A DNA stretch of 64,000 nt from the human T2T-CHM13v2.0 reference genome, Homo sapiens, in NCBI RefSeq assembly GCF_009914755.1, contig NC_060934.1; one strand, given 5' to 3'. The notes under the pieces were generated by a model that did no database searches, was not told the DNA's origin, and saw only the letters and a list, made by a program, of their open reading frames with translations. Position 1 is the first letter of the stretch. Every line of letters begins with the position of its first letter. Below, in pieces: positions 53,232-64,000 of this stretch. A program made the translations under genes and the position numbers.

Positions 53232-56200
53232 CTACATTTAGTGGCACCTATGAGGTGCTAGGTATTTTGCATATGGTGCTAATCCTTAACAGAGCAATGC
53301 CAGGTGGGTAGCAGTGTCTCAGTTTGCAGGAGAAAACACGGAGGGACTTAACCAAGGCCACACAGGTGGTATGTAGCAAGGCTTAGATAGCAGTGCAGTG
53401 ACACCCGCTTACATTGCAGTGAAGATGTCATGAGGCAGTGGACGGTTGTGTCCTGGTGAACAGTGCAGCTGTCAGGGAGGGGAGGTAGCCTTTGTGGGGG
53501 AGGTGGCCTGGTGTCAGCACCACCCTCCCTGGAAGGGTTTCCTGGGAGGGACTGTCCCCAGCCTCTCCACCTCCCCTGGGTCACACCAGAGTGCTCCTCT
53601 CTCTCAGGCCCCATGTGCTGGGAGGGGCCCTGTCCCCATCCCCATGGCGACCAGTTACCCAGCCTGGTGTTGGTTTTGGTTTTCCTCATTTGAGGTTGTG
53701 GGATCCCTCTGGTTGAGGCTGAGGTTTTTCTGCTCTGGAAACCCCAACTGTGTTGTGGCCGTGAGGAGGGGCCTGGAGGTGCTGGCACCTGCCCACAGAC
53801 CGCAGGCCCCAGATGCCCCGGGCCGCCCCACGCGCCTCACACCATCCAGCCAAGACATTTCAGACACTCATAGCTGAGAACTGTGGCACAGGGAACTTTC
53901 TGGGGTCAGGAGAACTGTGTCTTTGCTCCCCAGTTCCGCTCCTGTAGAGGACAGAGCCACTGGGAGGGCTGGGGTGTATGATGCCCCGGTTCGCATCTAC
54001 CCCGTGGCTTTTGCCCCCACTTTGGGTGGAATCCTTGAGCATAGCAAGCCCCTGACTGAGCGGCAGGCGGCCAGCAGGCCCAGAAAGGGTTCCAGCCCCT
54101 CTCGCCGCCTCCTGGCCTGACAGTTCTGGCAGCTGCTCCCTGGCCTGGCTGTGCCCACATCAGAGTGTCAGCCCTTTGAATGGAACCTGGGGCTGGATCC
54201 TGCACAACTCGGCCCATTCCTTAGGTCTCTGAAGTGGTTCTCCTCATGTGAAAAGAGCCAGTCCCCACCAAGTGGTGAAGCTGGTGGTGCCAGCCGCGGA
54301 ATGCACCCTTGGACAGGGAGAGGCTCTGTGCCCCCCAGACCACCCCACTTCCCTCTCTTGCCTGCCACCTGGGGTCCTATGCTCAGCTAGGAAAGTGCGG
54401 GATACACTCAAAGGCAGCAGGACCATGGCGCCTAAAAGCTCCTGATGCTTCCTGCCCCAGGGAACAGTGGACCCATGCCATCCAGAGGCACTGCACAAGC
54501 CCCATCTCGAGAGATTCTGGGTCACAGGTATTTTGGCAGCCCTTCATGTTTTCTTCTAAACCTCTCAATCTGGGGATAGTTACTGGGAGCAGTCTCCTCC
54601 TGACGCCACTAGACCTTGACCTCGCAGCTCCAGCACTCTGGGGCAGCGTAGTAATGGAGGAACCGAGGGCAGGATGAGGACTGAGGCTGGATTCCCCATG
54701 ATTCTGGAGATTGTGCAGAAAGGCTGTGTAGAGAAGGTGCACCGAGTCAGGGACCCAGGCAGGGGCTGGCTGTTCTCAGAAGGTGAGAGCCATAGAGACA
54801 GAACGAGACCCTTGGCCTGTATCTGCCCCACTCCATCCCTTCCCTGCCTTGCCCACTCAGTGGGCTCCCCATCGTCTGTCTCACTTATGGGGATCTTCAA
54901 GAAAACTCTTGACAGAAGCGGCTCTGCGCCCTGTCCTGGTGTAACCCTCCTGGATCTCAGGTGAAGAAACTGAGGCCAGAGGGGTGGTGCTTTCTCCTAC
55001 CCCCGCCCCATACCAGGGGCCTGTCTCCCTTTCACAGTGGTTGCCAAGTGCATCGGGTTGGAGAAAGTACCCTACAGGCTGAGGTCACCTCAATACACTT
55101 GGCTGGAGTCATGTTGCTTCTGAAAAGGCTTGAGTCACTCGGTGACGCAGCCCCTGATCAGGCCTGTAATTGGGATCTCGCCTTGTTCGGGCCTGGATGA
55201 AAAGAGACTTAGAATCAGTGAGAAGCCACATGCCCACCTCATCAGTTTCAGCTGGAGGTGCCTCTCTGGGGGTGGCAAAGGTGGCAGAGCCCTGGTGGAT
55301 GGAAAATAAGCATCAGTGGAGGGGAGGGAGGAACAGGAGGCAGTAGACACAGGGGTAACCCATTCTCATCAGAACAGCTGGCCGCCTCCACTTTGCCCAG
55401 GCCAGATCTGACTCTGAGAACACCCACAGCCTCCCCACGGTGATATTTTCTGGAAATCCAGCCCTGCTGGCAGCACAGTGGGAGCTGAGTCCTGAAAGCC
55501 CACCTGGGTAGAAAAGAACTGGATGGAGTCTTTAGTCCTGCAGACATCACAGGCAGAATTGTGACACTGCCTTCCACTCTGCAGATGAGTCATCGGCCTT
55601 TTGTGGCTGGGAACGCGGTAGAGTGATCCTTCCACATGCAGTCACTTCGACACCTGAGACCCTCCCAGACTGATTCAGTTGCGTTGAGAGCAGCTTCTCC
55701 GGTTTTCAGGGCTTTCCTTCCTCCCCCTCCAAATTCATAGTCGAAAGACCCCGCTTCATGACATAGTTTGGGTTTCTAACAAATGTGGTCCCCTGCATTA
55801 GCATAATGCTGACTTTTCTGAACCACAAGCCAGTTTCTGCTGGGAAGTCCTGGGGTCTCTGTAACCTGTGCCCCTCGCTACCCCATGTCCTTGTGCCTTT
55901 AACCAGCAGTGCCCCCAGACTATTCTGGAAATGGGGGTGATAGTTTCTGTGGCCCCATTCCTGCTACGTCTGGTTGTGCCTGGCCCCAACCCAGGGGCTT
56001 CTGCTCTGAGCTGAGAGCTGGGCTGGCCATGCCATGTCACCCTGCCCTCTCCATACAAGGACCAGACCCACTGAATTGTTTCAAACTCTAGAGTCACCTG
56101 TGACATGTGGCCTGGAGAGAAAAGATGAGTTGGCCAATCAGATTTGCTCCTTGAGCCTTTGGAATCAGGATTCTGGGAGATGGGTAGTGAGCTGGGCTGA

Positions 56201-56234
56201 AGGGTGCTGAAGGTTCCTGAAGACATAGCAGCCT

Positions 56235-56947
56235 CAACAGCTGCAACACAGTTCTAACTACCCAGGATTAGTGCAGACATCACAAATGAAGAGCACAGTC
56301 TTCACAAGACCACCCTCACTCCAGGCACCTGCCACAAGGGTGGGGGTCCCCAGGCCACTGGCACTTCTGACCACGGCAACAGATTCAGGGATTCCCCTGA
56401 AGCTCTCAGGTTGGATAATTCGCTAGACTCCCTCGCAGAACCCAGTGCAGCGCTACACTGACAATTACAGTTCTATTGTTGCAAAAAGATACCCAAACCC
56501 TTGACAGGGAGAGGTGCCCAGGGCAAGGCCTGAGAGTCCCAGATGTGAAGCTGCCATGGATGTGCCACCTCCTGGCACATTGGTGTGTGATTACCAGGAA
56601 GCTCACCCAGGCCTCAGTGTCTGGAGTTTTTACTGGAGCATCATGATTTTGGCATGATTGATGGAATCACTGGGCACATGGTCGAACCCAGTGTCTGGCC
56701 CCCCGTCCCTCCCTGGAAGTCAGGGTGATACCACGTGGCCCAAAGCCTCAACCTTCTAATCCCATGGCTGGTCTCTCTGACATGCCCAGCCCCCCTCATG
56801 AGTCATCTTGTTAGCGTAAACTCAGATATGGCTTCAGGGGCCTACCATGAATGAAAAAGACACTCCTATTACTCAGAAAATTCCAAGGACTTAGAGACTA
56901 CCTCTCAGGAACCAGGGACAAAAGCCAGTCAGATTCTTTATTATACA
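56235..56947 (-). mobile_element. MER21-family LTR (MER21B-like)
   Basis: GGGGGTCCCCAGGCCAC...TCAGGTTGGATAATTCGCTAGA...AAAAGACACTCCTATTACTCAGAAAATTCCAAGG...CAGGAACCAGGGACAAA. Confidence 0.82.
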
Positions 56948-57189
56948 GTGACAAGTTGGGGCCTATGCAAAGACGTGAGAGTGTCCTGATCTGTGGAGAT
57001 GCCAGGAGTCTGCCCCAGAGGAGTGTGGCCCATGGGAAAACAGGCCCCCACTTATTCAGGGTCCAGAAAGCACGGCAGGTCCACTGCGGATCCTGCCTTC
57101 CCATCCCCAGGGATGACTCTCTTTTCTCTGGGATCTGTAAACAATAAAGGTCCAAGGGTCACCAGAAGGCAAAGAGGCATTCAGTAGAT

Positions 57190-57192
<3 letters not shown>

Positions 57193-57220
<28 letters not shown>
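57193..57220. repeat. (TG)14 microsatellite
   Basis: Read directly. Confidence 0.98.
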
Positions 57221-57727
57221 CCCAAAATAGGTGTGAGGCTTGAGGTGACTTCTGCCCAACTTCACAGGGAGATGATCAGGGCCTGGGGGAGAGTTGGGGG
57301 GAAGCGGCCCCTGAGGCTGTCTCATTGGCCCGGACCCCTCAAGGCCGCAGCTGAGCAGTGCTCTCCCTGCAGTCTCCCTTAGGCTTTCCGGTATAGGAGG
57401 GGCCTCATACGGTTTGCCCTGCCCCTGTGAGTGGCCCTATTAATGGCTTTAAGCCTGCCAGGCATCCTGCTGTGAGAAGAATGCCTGACTCAAGTCAGGC
57501 AGGACGCAGCGACCTTGTCAGAGTCAGAGCCCAGGATCACCAGATTCTGGAGCTGGGAGGAATATTTTTCAGTCAACTTTTCCAAGCGTGTGTGTGTCTC
57601 TTCAGGTCCTTTTTAGAAGACGTAGACAGGGCAGAAATAACAAGTCAGAGAGGAAGAAATTCCTAGAAAGAGTGGTCCCGTCATTCCTTTTCTCACTGAT
57701 TTCCAGGCACTTTCTCTTGACTTACAG

Positions 57728-57907
57728 CAGTGGTTCTCAAAGTGAGAGTGCATCAGAATCACCTGCAGAGCTCATTAAGTTACTGATGCTGGCCCATCCC
57801 CAGAGTGTCTGATTCTGTAGGTCCAGGGTGGGGCCCAGGAAGCTGCATTTCTAACTGGCTCCCAGCGATGCTGATGCTGCTGGTCCAAGGACCACCGAGA
57901 ACCACTG
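57728..57907. mobile_element. MER5A (hAT-Charlie)
   Basis: TIRs CAGTGGTTCTC / GAGAACCACTG; degenerate 8-bp TSD ACTTACAG / ACTTAAGG. Confidence 0.92.
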
Positions 57908-58019
57908 ACTTAAGGGCAAGAAGGAAGCTCCTTCCAACAAATGCATGGAACCTTCCTCAGTTTCCCCCGTGGAACCTTTCTCTGATCGATTGCACATTTG
58001 TCACCAGGGAGGAAAAGAA

Positions 58020-58195
58020 CATTAGACTAAGAGTCAGAACAGCAGAGCCCTGGTTCAGGTTATGATACACACTCCCTGATTGAGGCAAGGTTCTTTCCTT
58101 TCTGGGACTCTATTTCTGAATCTGTCAAACGGGTTCAATACTAGGACCTACGTCACGGGGGTGATGTGAGGATTGAACTAGATGACATGTTACTG
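58020..58195 (+). mobile_element. MIR
   Basis: GAGTCAGA...TCTGTCAAACGGG...ACCTACGTCACGGGGGTGATGTGAGGATTGAA. Confidence 0.65.
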
Positions 58196-61112
58196 GTGCA
58201 AATTCCCTGACTCTGAGGGTACAGCAAAGGCCATATAAGCAGTCCAGGGTCAGTTGTTTTGCACAGGTCTATCCCATCCCTCCCAAGGATGGTATGTGAA
58301 CCTGTTGGGCTTAAAGGAACCCAGTAAGTTAGACCTTAGACCGTCCACATCACCAGTATTGCGGGCTTTGTCAGTGTCCTTTGGAGGAGGGGGCTGGGCT
58401 GGCAGTTCCACTCCACTGTGCCAGGTGATCACAGGGCTCTGGGGGCTGTAGGCCGCTCACTGCTCAGAATCCATCATCGCTGCACCCCAGCCGCATCCCA
58501 CTGGGCTGACACTGCCACAGGGACAATGCCTTCCTGGAGCTCAGGTCGTCCCACTGCCCTCCCCACAAGCACTGCACCTCCCCCATCCTCAGCTTCTCCC
58601 TTCTGTTCTCCACACCGGTTCATTTCAGCCCCTGCCTTGAAAACACAAACACCACTCTCAGAAACAGCAAAGGCAACAAGAATAACAGCAAGCCAGTTTC
58701 TTCCCCCACCAAGACAGCCTCTTCTCCCATGGCAGTTTTTTGGGTGGAATGATACCGTTATTCTTCCCTGGGTTAGCCACAGGAGCAAAAGAAACGCTTT
58801 AGTCTCTCAGTAGCTCACTGTGACAAGTGCTTGGCCCATGCTTAAGAATCAGTGGCTTTTTATTATTACTTGGCTTCTGCCTTCCATCGGGCACTCCTTT
58901 CCCTGATAGGACATGCCCTCCTCCTGCGGGGCCCCCACCCTCCTTTGTTGGCCACTCTCCTTCCTCCTGCCCTGCCTTCCCCTTAACATACTTCCCCAGT
59001 CTGGCAGGAGGGCACCTGCTGGAGGACATCGCTGGCAGCTGGCAGCCGAGGGGGCCCCCAGGGCTGGAGAAAGCAGGAGTGAGAGTGGGATTGGACAAGC
59101 AATGCCCTCCCTAGAGTCTGTCCCTTCTAAAGGGCCAGTGGCAGCCCGAGCCATGAATCAGGGGACACGCCATCTTGCTGTTGTCCGCCTTTCTCCAGGT
59201 TTTGTCTTGGACTCCTTCCGATCCGAGGCCACCTTGGTCCTCTGGTGCCTTCCCCAGAGCGGGAGCCCCCCTGATCGGCCCTGGGCCTCGGTCACTGCCA
59301 TTTTCCCTTGCCTGGCGGGGCAACCCTTCTCCATGCAACCTCTCCTACCTGCCTGGCTACAACCCCAGCTGTCTTGCTCATCTTTGCTCTTTGATGCATG
59401 GAATGAGCTGGATGAGGTCAGGGACCATGTCCTCTTCCCTGACTCATTACGGGTACCTGGAAGGTAAACCCTGAACAGCAGAGGATCCTTTGGGAAAGCA
59501 AATAAAGCCGGAGGCTCCTCGGGACAGGAAATAGCGGTGAGCCAGTGCCAGCAGAAGATTGTGCTCCCGCCTGGGTGTGTGGCTTATTCCCTGGCTCCAT
59601 TAATTCCTCTCCCTGAGCCTCAGCTTTCTCATCTGTGAATAGGGTCAGTACCTCCTGAATGAGGGCCAAATGTACAGTGCCCAGGTCAGTGCTCAGCCCA
59701 GAAGGCTGGCAGGGAGGGAGGTTGTCATTTATTCCTGCAAGCATTCATGCCTTTACCCAGTCAGCCAAGTAACTTAATGGAAGCTTGCAATTAAACAAGA
59801 ATTAGCTGCACCCGCCTCCTTCCCGGGAGCAGGTCTGACCTGAGCTGGGAGAGGATGTGATCCAGACAGGGGGCTCTGCCTTTTCAGGGCAGCATGAGAA
59901 GGGACACTAGAGCTGGAGCTTGAAGAACAAGCATTCCTGGCAGAGAAAGCCATGCCTGTAGGGTCGGAGTGGGGGAACAATGATGTATACAGGGATTGGA
60001 GGGGCTGCCAGGTGGCCAGGTGGCTGGATGTAAAGCATGACACTTGCATTCACTCAGCAGATACTGTTTGGGCTTCTACAGTGGACCAAGAAGAAGGTGA
60101 CAGAGAACAAAGAAACCCAGGTCCCTGACACCACGGGTCCGCTATCAGCACAGGGGAGACTGATGACGGGCAAGGAAACAAATAAGTGGGAAGATTTCAG
60201 GTGGTGATGAGAGCTGTGGGCTGGGTCTGGGAGTCCAGCAGTCACTTGGCACGTAGAGGTTGAATGAGTCCATGAAAATGTGCTGCATGCGTTGAGAGAA
60301 TGGATCTGTAAGCTGATGTGCAGTTCAACACAGAGACAGACAGACTGACCGACCAGTGCTTCCTACACACTTCCATGGCACGTGGAGAATGGGCCTGCTT
60401 CACAACCGAGCTCGGAGGAGACCTCCAGGAAGGTAGAATTCAGGCTAAGACTGGAAGTGTGGGTGAGAAACATTCGGAAAGGTAGGAAGAAGGTGCTCCT
60501 GGCAGAATGAACAGTGAGTGTAAAGGCCCTGAGAGCAGAGGCAGGGAGGGAAATAAAGCTTAGGAAGACAGTCACCGAGGCCCTGAATGGGACCAAGGAG
60601 AACGGGCTGAGCCTATGGGTGGTCAGGCCTGGGAACTGGCCATTCCTGCTGCTGGGACCTGAGCACGGGGGAGGTGGGAGGTGATGGCCCCAGCCCCTTG
60701 TAGGCCTAACACCCCTCCCCAGCAGTGAGGTGGGCCTAGGGCAGCGGGGGCCGTAGGGCCAGGTCACAGGAGGAATTTTTACAGTGGCATGGCTGGGCCC
60801 TGCCCCCTCTCAGGATACAGAGAAACAATCAAGTCCTATGAAATAATAAACAGTGCCAATACTTCAGTTATCAAATATGCAGCTTCACAACCCCGCAGCA
60901 GCTTGAGAGCCAAACATTTGTCTAGACGTGGTGCCTTCTCTGAGGCAGGTTTTGTTTGTTGTTAAGAAGTGAAACCTTCTCCCAGCCCATCTGAGTCAGG
61001 AAGGTTGGGTTTATTTCATGGCACTTTTAGAGGAACTGGAAGCCAGATATGGGGTGAGAGGCCATTCTGGGGTCTGCTGTCATTTAGGGGGATCCCCTGC
61101 TGAGAACATCCT

Positions 61113-61574
61113 CGTATTAGCTTCCTGTTGCTGCTGTAACAGATTGCCACAAGCTAAGTGGATTAAAACACCACACATTTAGTATCTTACCGTTCTGGAG
61201 ATCGGAAGTCTGACGCACTCTCAGTGAGTTAAAGTCAAGGCATCAGCAGGGCTGTGTTCCCTCTGGGGGCTCCGGGGAGAATCCTTCCTGGCCTGCATGC
61301 CTTGGCTCGTGGCCCCTTCCCGTCTTCCAAGCCAGCCAATGGCTGGTGAGTCTTCGTCACATTGCATCACTCTGACACTGGTTGCTCTTTCTCCCTCTTC
61401 CACATTTTAGGACCCTGTTGGTGACAGTGGGCCCACCTGGATAATCCAGGATTATGTCCCTATCATTATCCATAATTTCATCCACAAACTTAATGCTCAT
61501 TTGTCATGGAACCTAACGTATTCACAGGTTCTAGGGATTAGGGCATCCCTGAGGGCGTTATCCTGCCCACCACA
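61113..61574 (-). mobile_element. MaLR LTR (MLT1D-like)
   Basis: GTATTAGCTTCCTGTTGCTGCTGTAACA...GGGCCCACCTGGATAATCCAGGAT...ATTCACAGGTTCTAGGGATTAG. Confidence 0.87.
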
Positions 61575-61791
61575 GTCCCCCTGCCCTATTCTGGAAGCTG
61601 AGGAAATAGGGTTGAGGAGGAAAGTGAGCCCAGGCCGTAGCTGGAGAGTCTGCACCCTCGGCTTGGGGCTGCCTCCAAGTGGCTTACCTTTCCCACCGCC
61701 TCCAACCCCACCACAGCTGCCCCATCACTAACAGATCTCCCCCAACCCCTGTTCTTTTCCTAAATGTTGGTAAAATGGTCATTAAGTAAAG

Positions 61792-62286
61792 CAGCATTTT
61801 TTCCACATCCCTACCCTTGACTTACTTTTTCTTTTGAGATGGGGTCTTGCTCTGCACCCAGGCTAGAGTGCAGTGGCATGATCATAGCTCACTGCAGCCT
61901 TGAACTTCTGGGCCCAAGCAATCCTCCTGTGCGCCACCACGCCCAGCTACTTATTTTATTTTTATTTTTAATAGAGACGGAGTCTTGCTATGTTGCCTAA
62001 GCTGGTCTAAACTCCTGGGCTCAAGCAATCCCCCCATCTTGGCCTCCCAAAGTGCTGGGATTACAGGCATGAGCCACCACATCTTGTCCCAACCCTTGAC
62101 ATTTTAGAGCCAACCATGCTTTGTTCCAGGGGTCTGTCCTGTGCACAGCGCAATATTTAACCACATCCTTGGCCTGCACCCACTAGCTGCCAGTAGCACC
62201 TCTCCACCCAGTGGTGACAATTAAAAATGTCTCCAGACATTGCCAAATGTTCCCTGGGAGGCCGTCGCTGGGGTTGGGAACCACTG
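61792..62286 (-). mobile_element. MER20 (hAT-Charlie) split by an AluJ
   Basis: CCCACTAGCTGCCAGTAGCA...AAAATGTCTCCAGACATTGCCAAATGT...GAACCACTG. Confidence 0.85.
61822..62088 (-). mobile_element. AluJ with internal deletion
   Basis: J diagnostics; TSD CC(T/A)ACCCTTGAC; right-arm segment missing at ~61929. Confidence 0.92.
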
Positions 62287-62584
62287 AGGTAACGCGTTGG
62301 ATGTGTCTGTCTTCCCTGCTAGCGACACTGTGTCCGGCACCTGCAGAGGGCCTGCCGCTTAGTATGTGCTCAACACATATTGGTTGAACGAATCAGTGAA
62401 CCTATGTTAACTTTCTTAATGAATAAATCTATAAGTGTGCATGTATAAAATAGACTCCTGGGTTCCATAGACTGGCTGCCTGAGAGTCACCTGGGGATCC
62501 TTTTAAGAAGTCACATTCCTGGGGTCCAATCACAGAGGATTGGGGTACAGCCTAGCAATCTGTATTGTCAAGAGTGCTTCATCA

Positions 62585-63165
62585 GTTCCCCCAAAACTTA
62601 AACATATATACCATATAATCCAGCAATTTCCCTCCTGAGTATATACCCAAAAGAATGGAAAGCAGGGACTTGAACAGATACTTGTTTGCAAATATCCATA
62701 GCAGCGTTATACGTAATAGCTAAAAGGTAGAAACAGCCCATGTGTCTATCCACAAATGAATGATAAACAAAAAGTTGTATACCCATACAACAGAATATTA
62801 TTCAGCCTTCAAAACAAATGAAGTTCTGACACATGCTCCAACATGGGCGAAGCTCGAGGACATTACGCTAAGTGAAAGAACAGACACAAAAGAACATGTA
62901 TGATTCCCTTATACGAGGTATCTAGAGTAGTCACAATCACAGACATGGAGTGTAGGAGAGAGGTTGCCGGGAGCTAGGAGGAAGGAGGGAATGGGAGTTA
63001 ATGTTTAATGGGTTCAGAGTTTCAGTTTGGGATGATGAAAGAGTCCTGGAGATGGAAGGTGGTGATGGTTCCACAGCAATGGGAACGTCCTTAATGCAGC
63101 TGACTCGTTCACCTAAATAATGGTTAAACTGGTACATTTTATGTTATGCATATTTTGCCATATGC
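62585..63165 (+). mobile_element. L1MB 3' end
   Basis: ATACCCAAAAGAATGGAAAGCAGGGACTTGAACAGATA...AGAGTTTCAGTTTGGGATGATGAAA...TTTTATGTTATG. Confidence 0.9.
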
Positions 63166-63379
63166 AAAACATGGTGCTTCATGCCTGCCAGGTCTGAGAA
63201 TCAGTAGTGTGCGAGAGGAATGGGGAGCAGGGGATGGACCCGTCGAGTTCTAACGACCCTCCCAGGCCTTGCAGCTGCTGGGATGGGGACATCAGACTCT
63301 GCTGAGCTAGGGTTTAGGCTGATTTCTTGAGAGGGTGGCCCTATCTGGGCGTGCACAGAAGAACCTCTAGGCTGCCTGA

Positions 63380-63865
63380 ATGAGGGCTGCGGCTAGATGA
63401 GGATTGGCTTGTCTGGAGGCCACATGTGCTGTCCCCCGGGCAGCTGCTCCCCAGCTCCGGCTGATTCTTGCCATGTGGGGTGCCTGGCTGTGGGAGAGAC
63501 GTCCAAGGTCTGGATTTCGATGTGAAATCTCCTCATTTTTATTTATTTCAATAGTTTTGGGGGAACAGGTGGTGTTTGGTTGCATGGAATGTTCTTTAGT
63601 GGTGATTTCTGAGATTTTGGTGCACACGTCATCTGAGCGAGGTACACTGTAGCTAGTGTGTAGTCTTTTATCCCTCACCTCCCTCCTCCCCTTCCCCCAA
63701 GTCCCCTGAGTCCATTATATCATTCTTGTGCCTTTGTGTCCTCATCTGAGCTCCTGGGAATCTCCTAATTTTTCAATGTTGGCAACTGGTTCAGTGAACA
63801 AGCAAGCAGACAAACAAGCCACCTAAGGGTCACACTGGTGACCCTGCGGGCCTCCGGTCTGGCCT
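63380..63865. mobile_element. Old hAT-Charlie remnant (MER102-like) split by an L1PB
   Basis: CAGCTCCGGCTGATTCTTGCCATG...GATGTGAAATCTCC / AATTTTTCAATGTTGGCAACT. Confidence 0.5.
63536..63752 (-). mobile_element. Short L1PB 3' UTR fragment
   Basis: TTTCAATAGTTTTGGGGGAACAGGTGGTGTTTGGTT...TCTTTAGTGGTGATTTCTGAGATTTTGGTGCAC; degenerate TSD AATCTCCT(C/A)ATTTTT. Confidence 0.88.
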
Positions 63866-64000
63866 GCAGCTTTTCTGGGAGCTCACAGGCTGGGTCCCCA
63901 GCTAGATCCTTGCTCCTGCTCCCGTCATGGCTGCCGCGTCACTCCTGAAGTCTGACACCAGCTTTCTCTTTGATCCTCTGAGAATTTCTCTTGTATTCAG

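Noticed and set aside
52457-53261. Poly-His/Pro/Thr/Val/Gly ORFs
   Set aside because: These are the reading frames of the (GGT/GAT)n repeat.
42321-59467. Assorted 150-220 aa ORFs in GC-rich unique DNA (e.g. 42321-42983, 48227-48886, 58913-59467)
   Set aside because: No recognisable domains, composition typical of random GC-rich frames (P/G/S/R/W/C), and overlapping ORFs on both strands.

Overview
This is hominid (most likely human) non-coding genomic DNA. The diagnostic elements are an SVA retrotransposon (1-1367, minus strand, running off the window start), about 20 Alus (J, S and Y), L1PA/L1PB/L1M fragments, MaLR/ERVL LTRs, MER DNA transposons and many MIR/L2 remnants. I can support no protein-coding exon, RNA gene, CRISPR array or prokaryotic feature. 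The long ORFs in the track come from simple repeats, SVA, Alu or an L1 ORF2 remnant, or are chance ORFs in GC-rich DNA. Most L1/SVA copies are antisense, the + strand looks G+T rich, and the splice-site candidates lie on +, so this may be a large intron of a + strand gene; I cannot name the gene. I find no firmly supportable new biological system. The best leads are: (i) four tandem stem-loops in unique sequence (29660-29808), lying between (ii) two ~0.8 kb opposite-polarity purine and pyrimidine tracts that are partly complementary; (iii) candidate non-coding exons at 15455-15533, 40085-40237 and 40352-40500; (iv) an Alu monomer flanked by an unusual ~55 bp duplication; and (v) probable polymorphic duplications/VNTRs and inverted-Alu editing substrates. 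Repeat subfamily names come from recalled consensus diagnostics, not from a search. Boundaries of old repeats are approximate.
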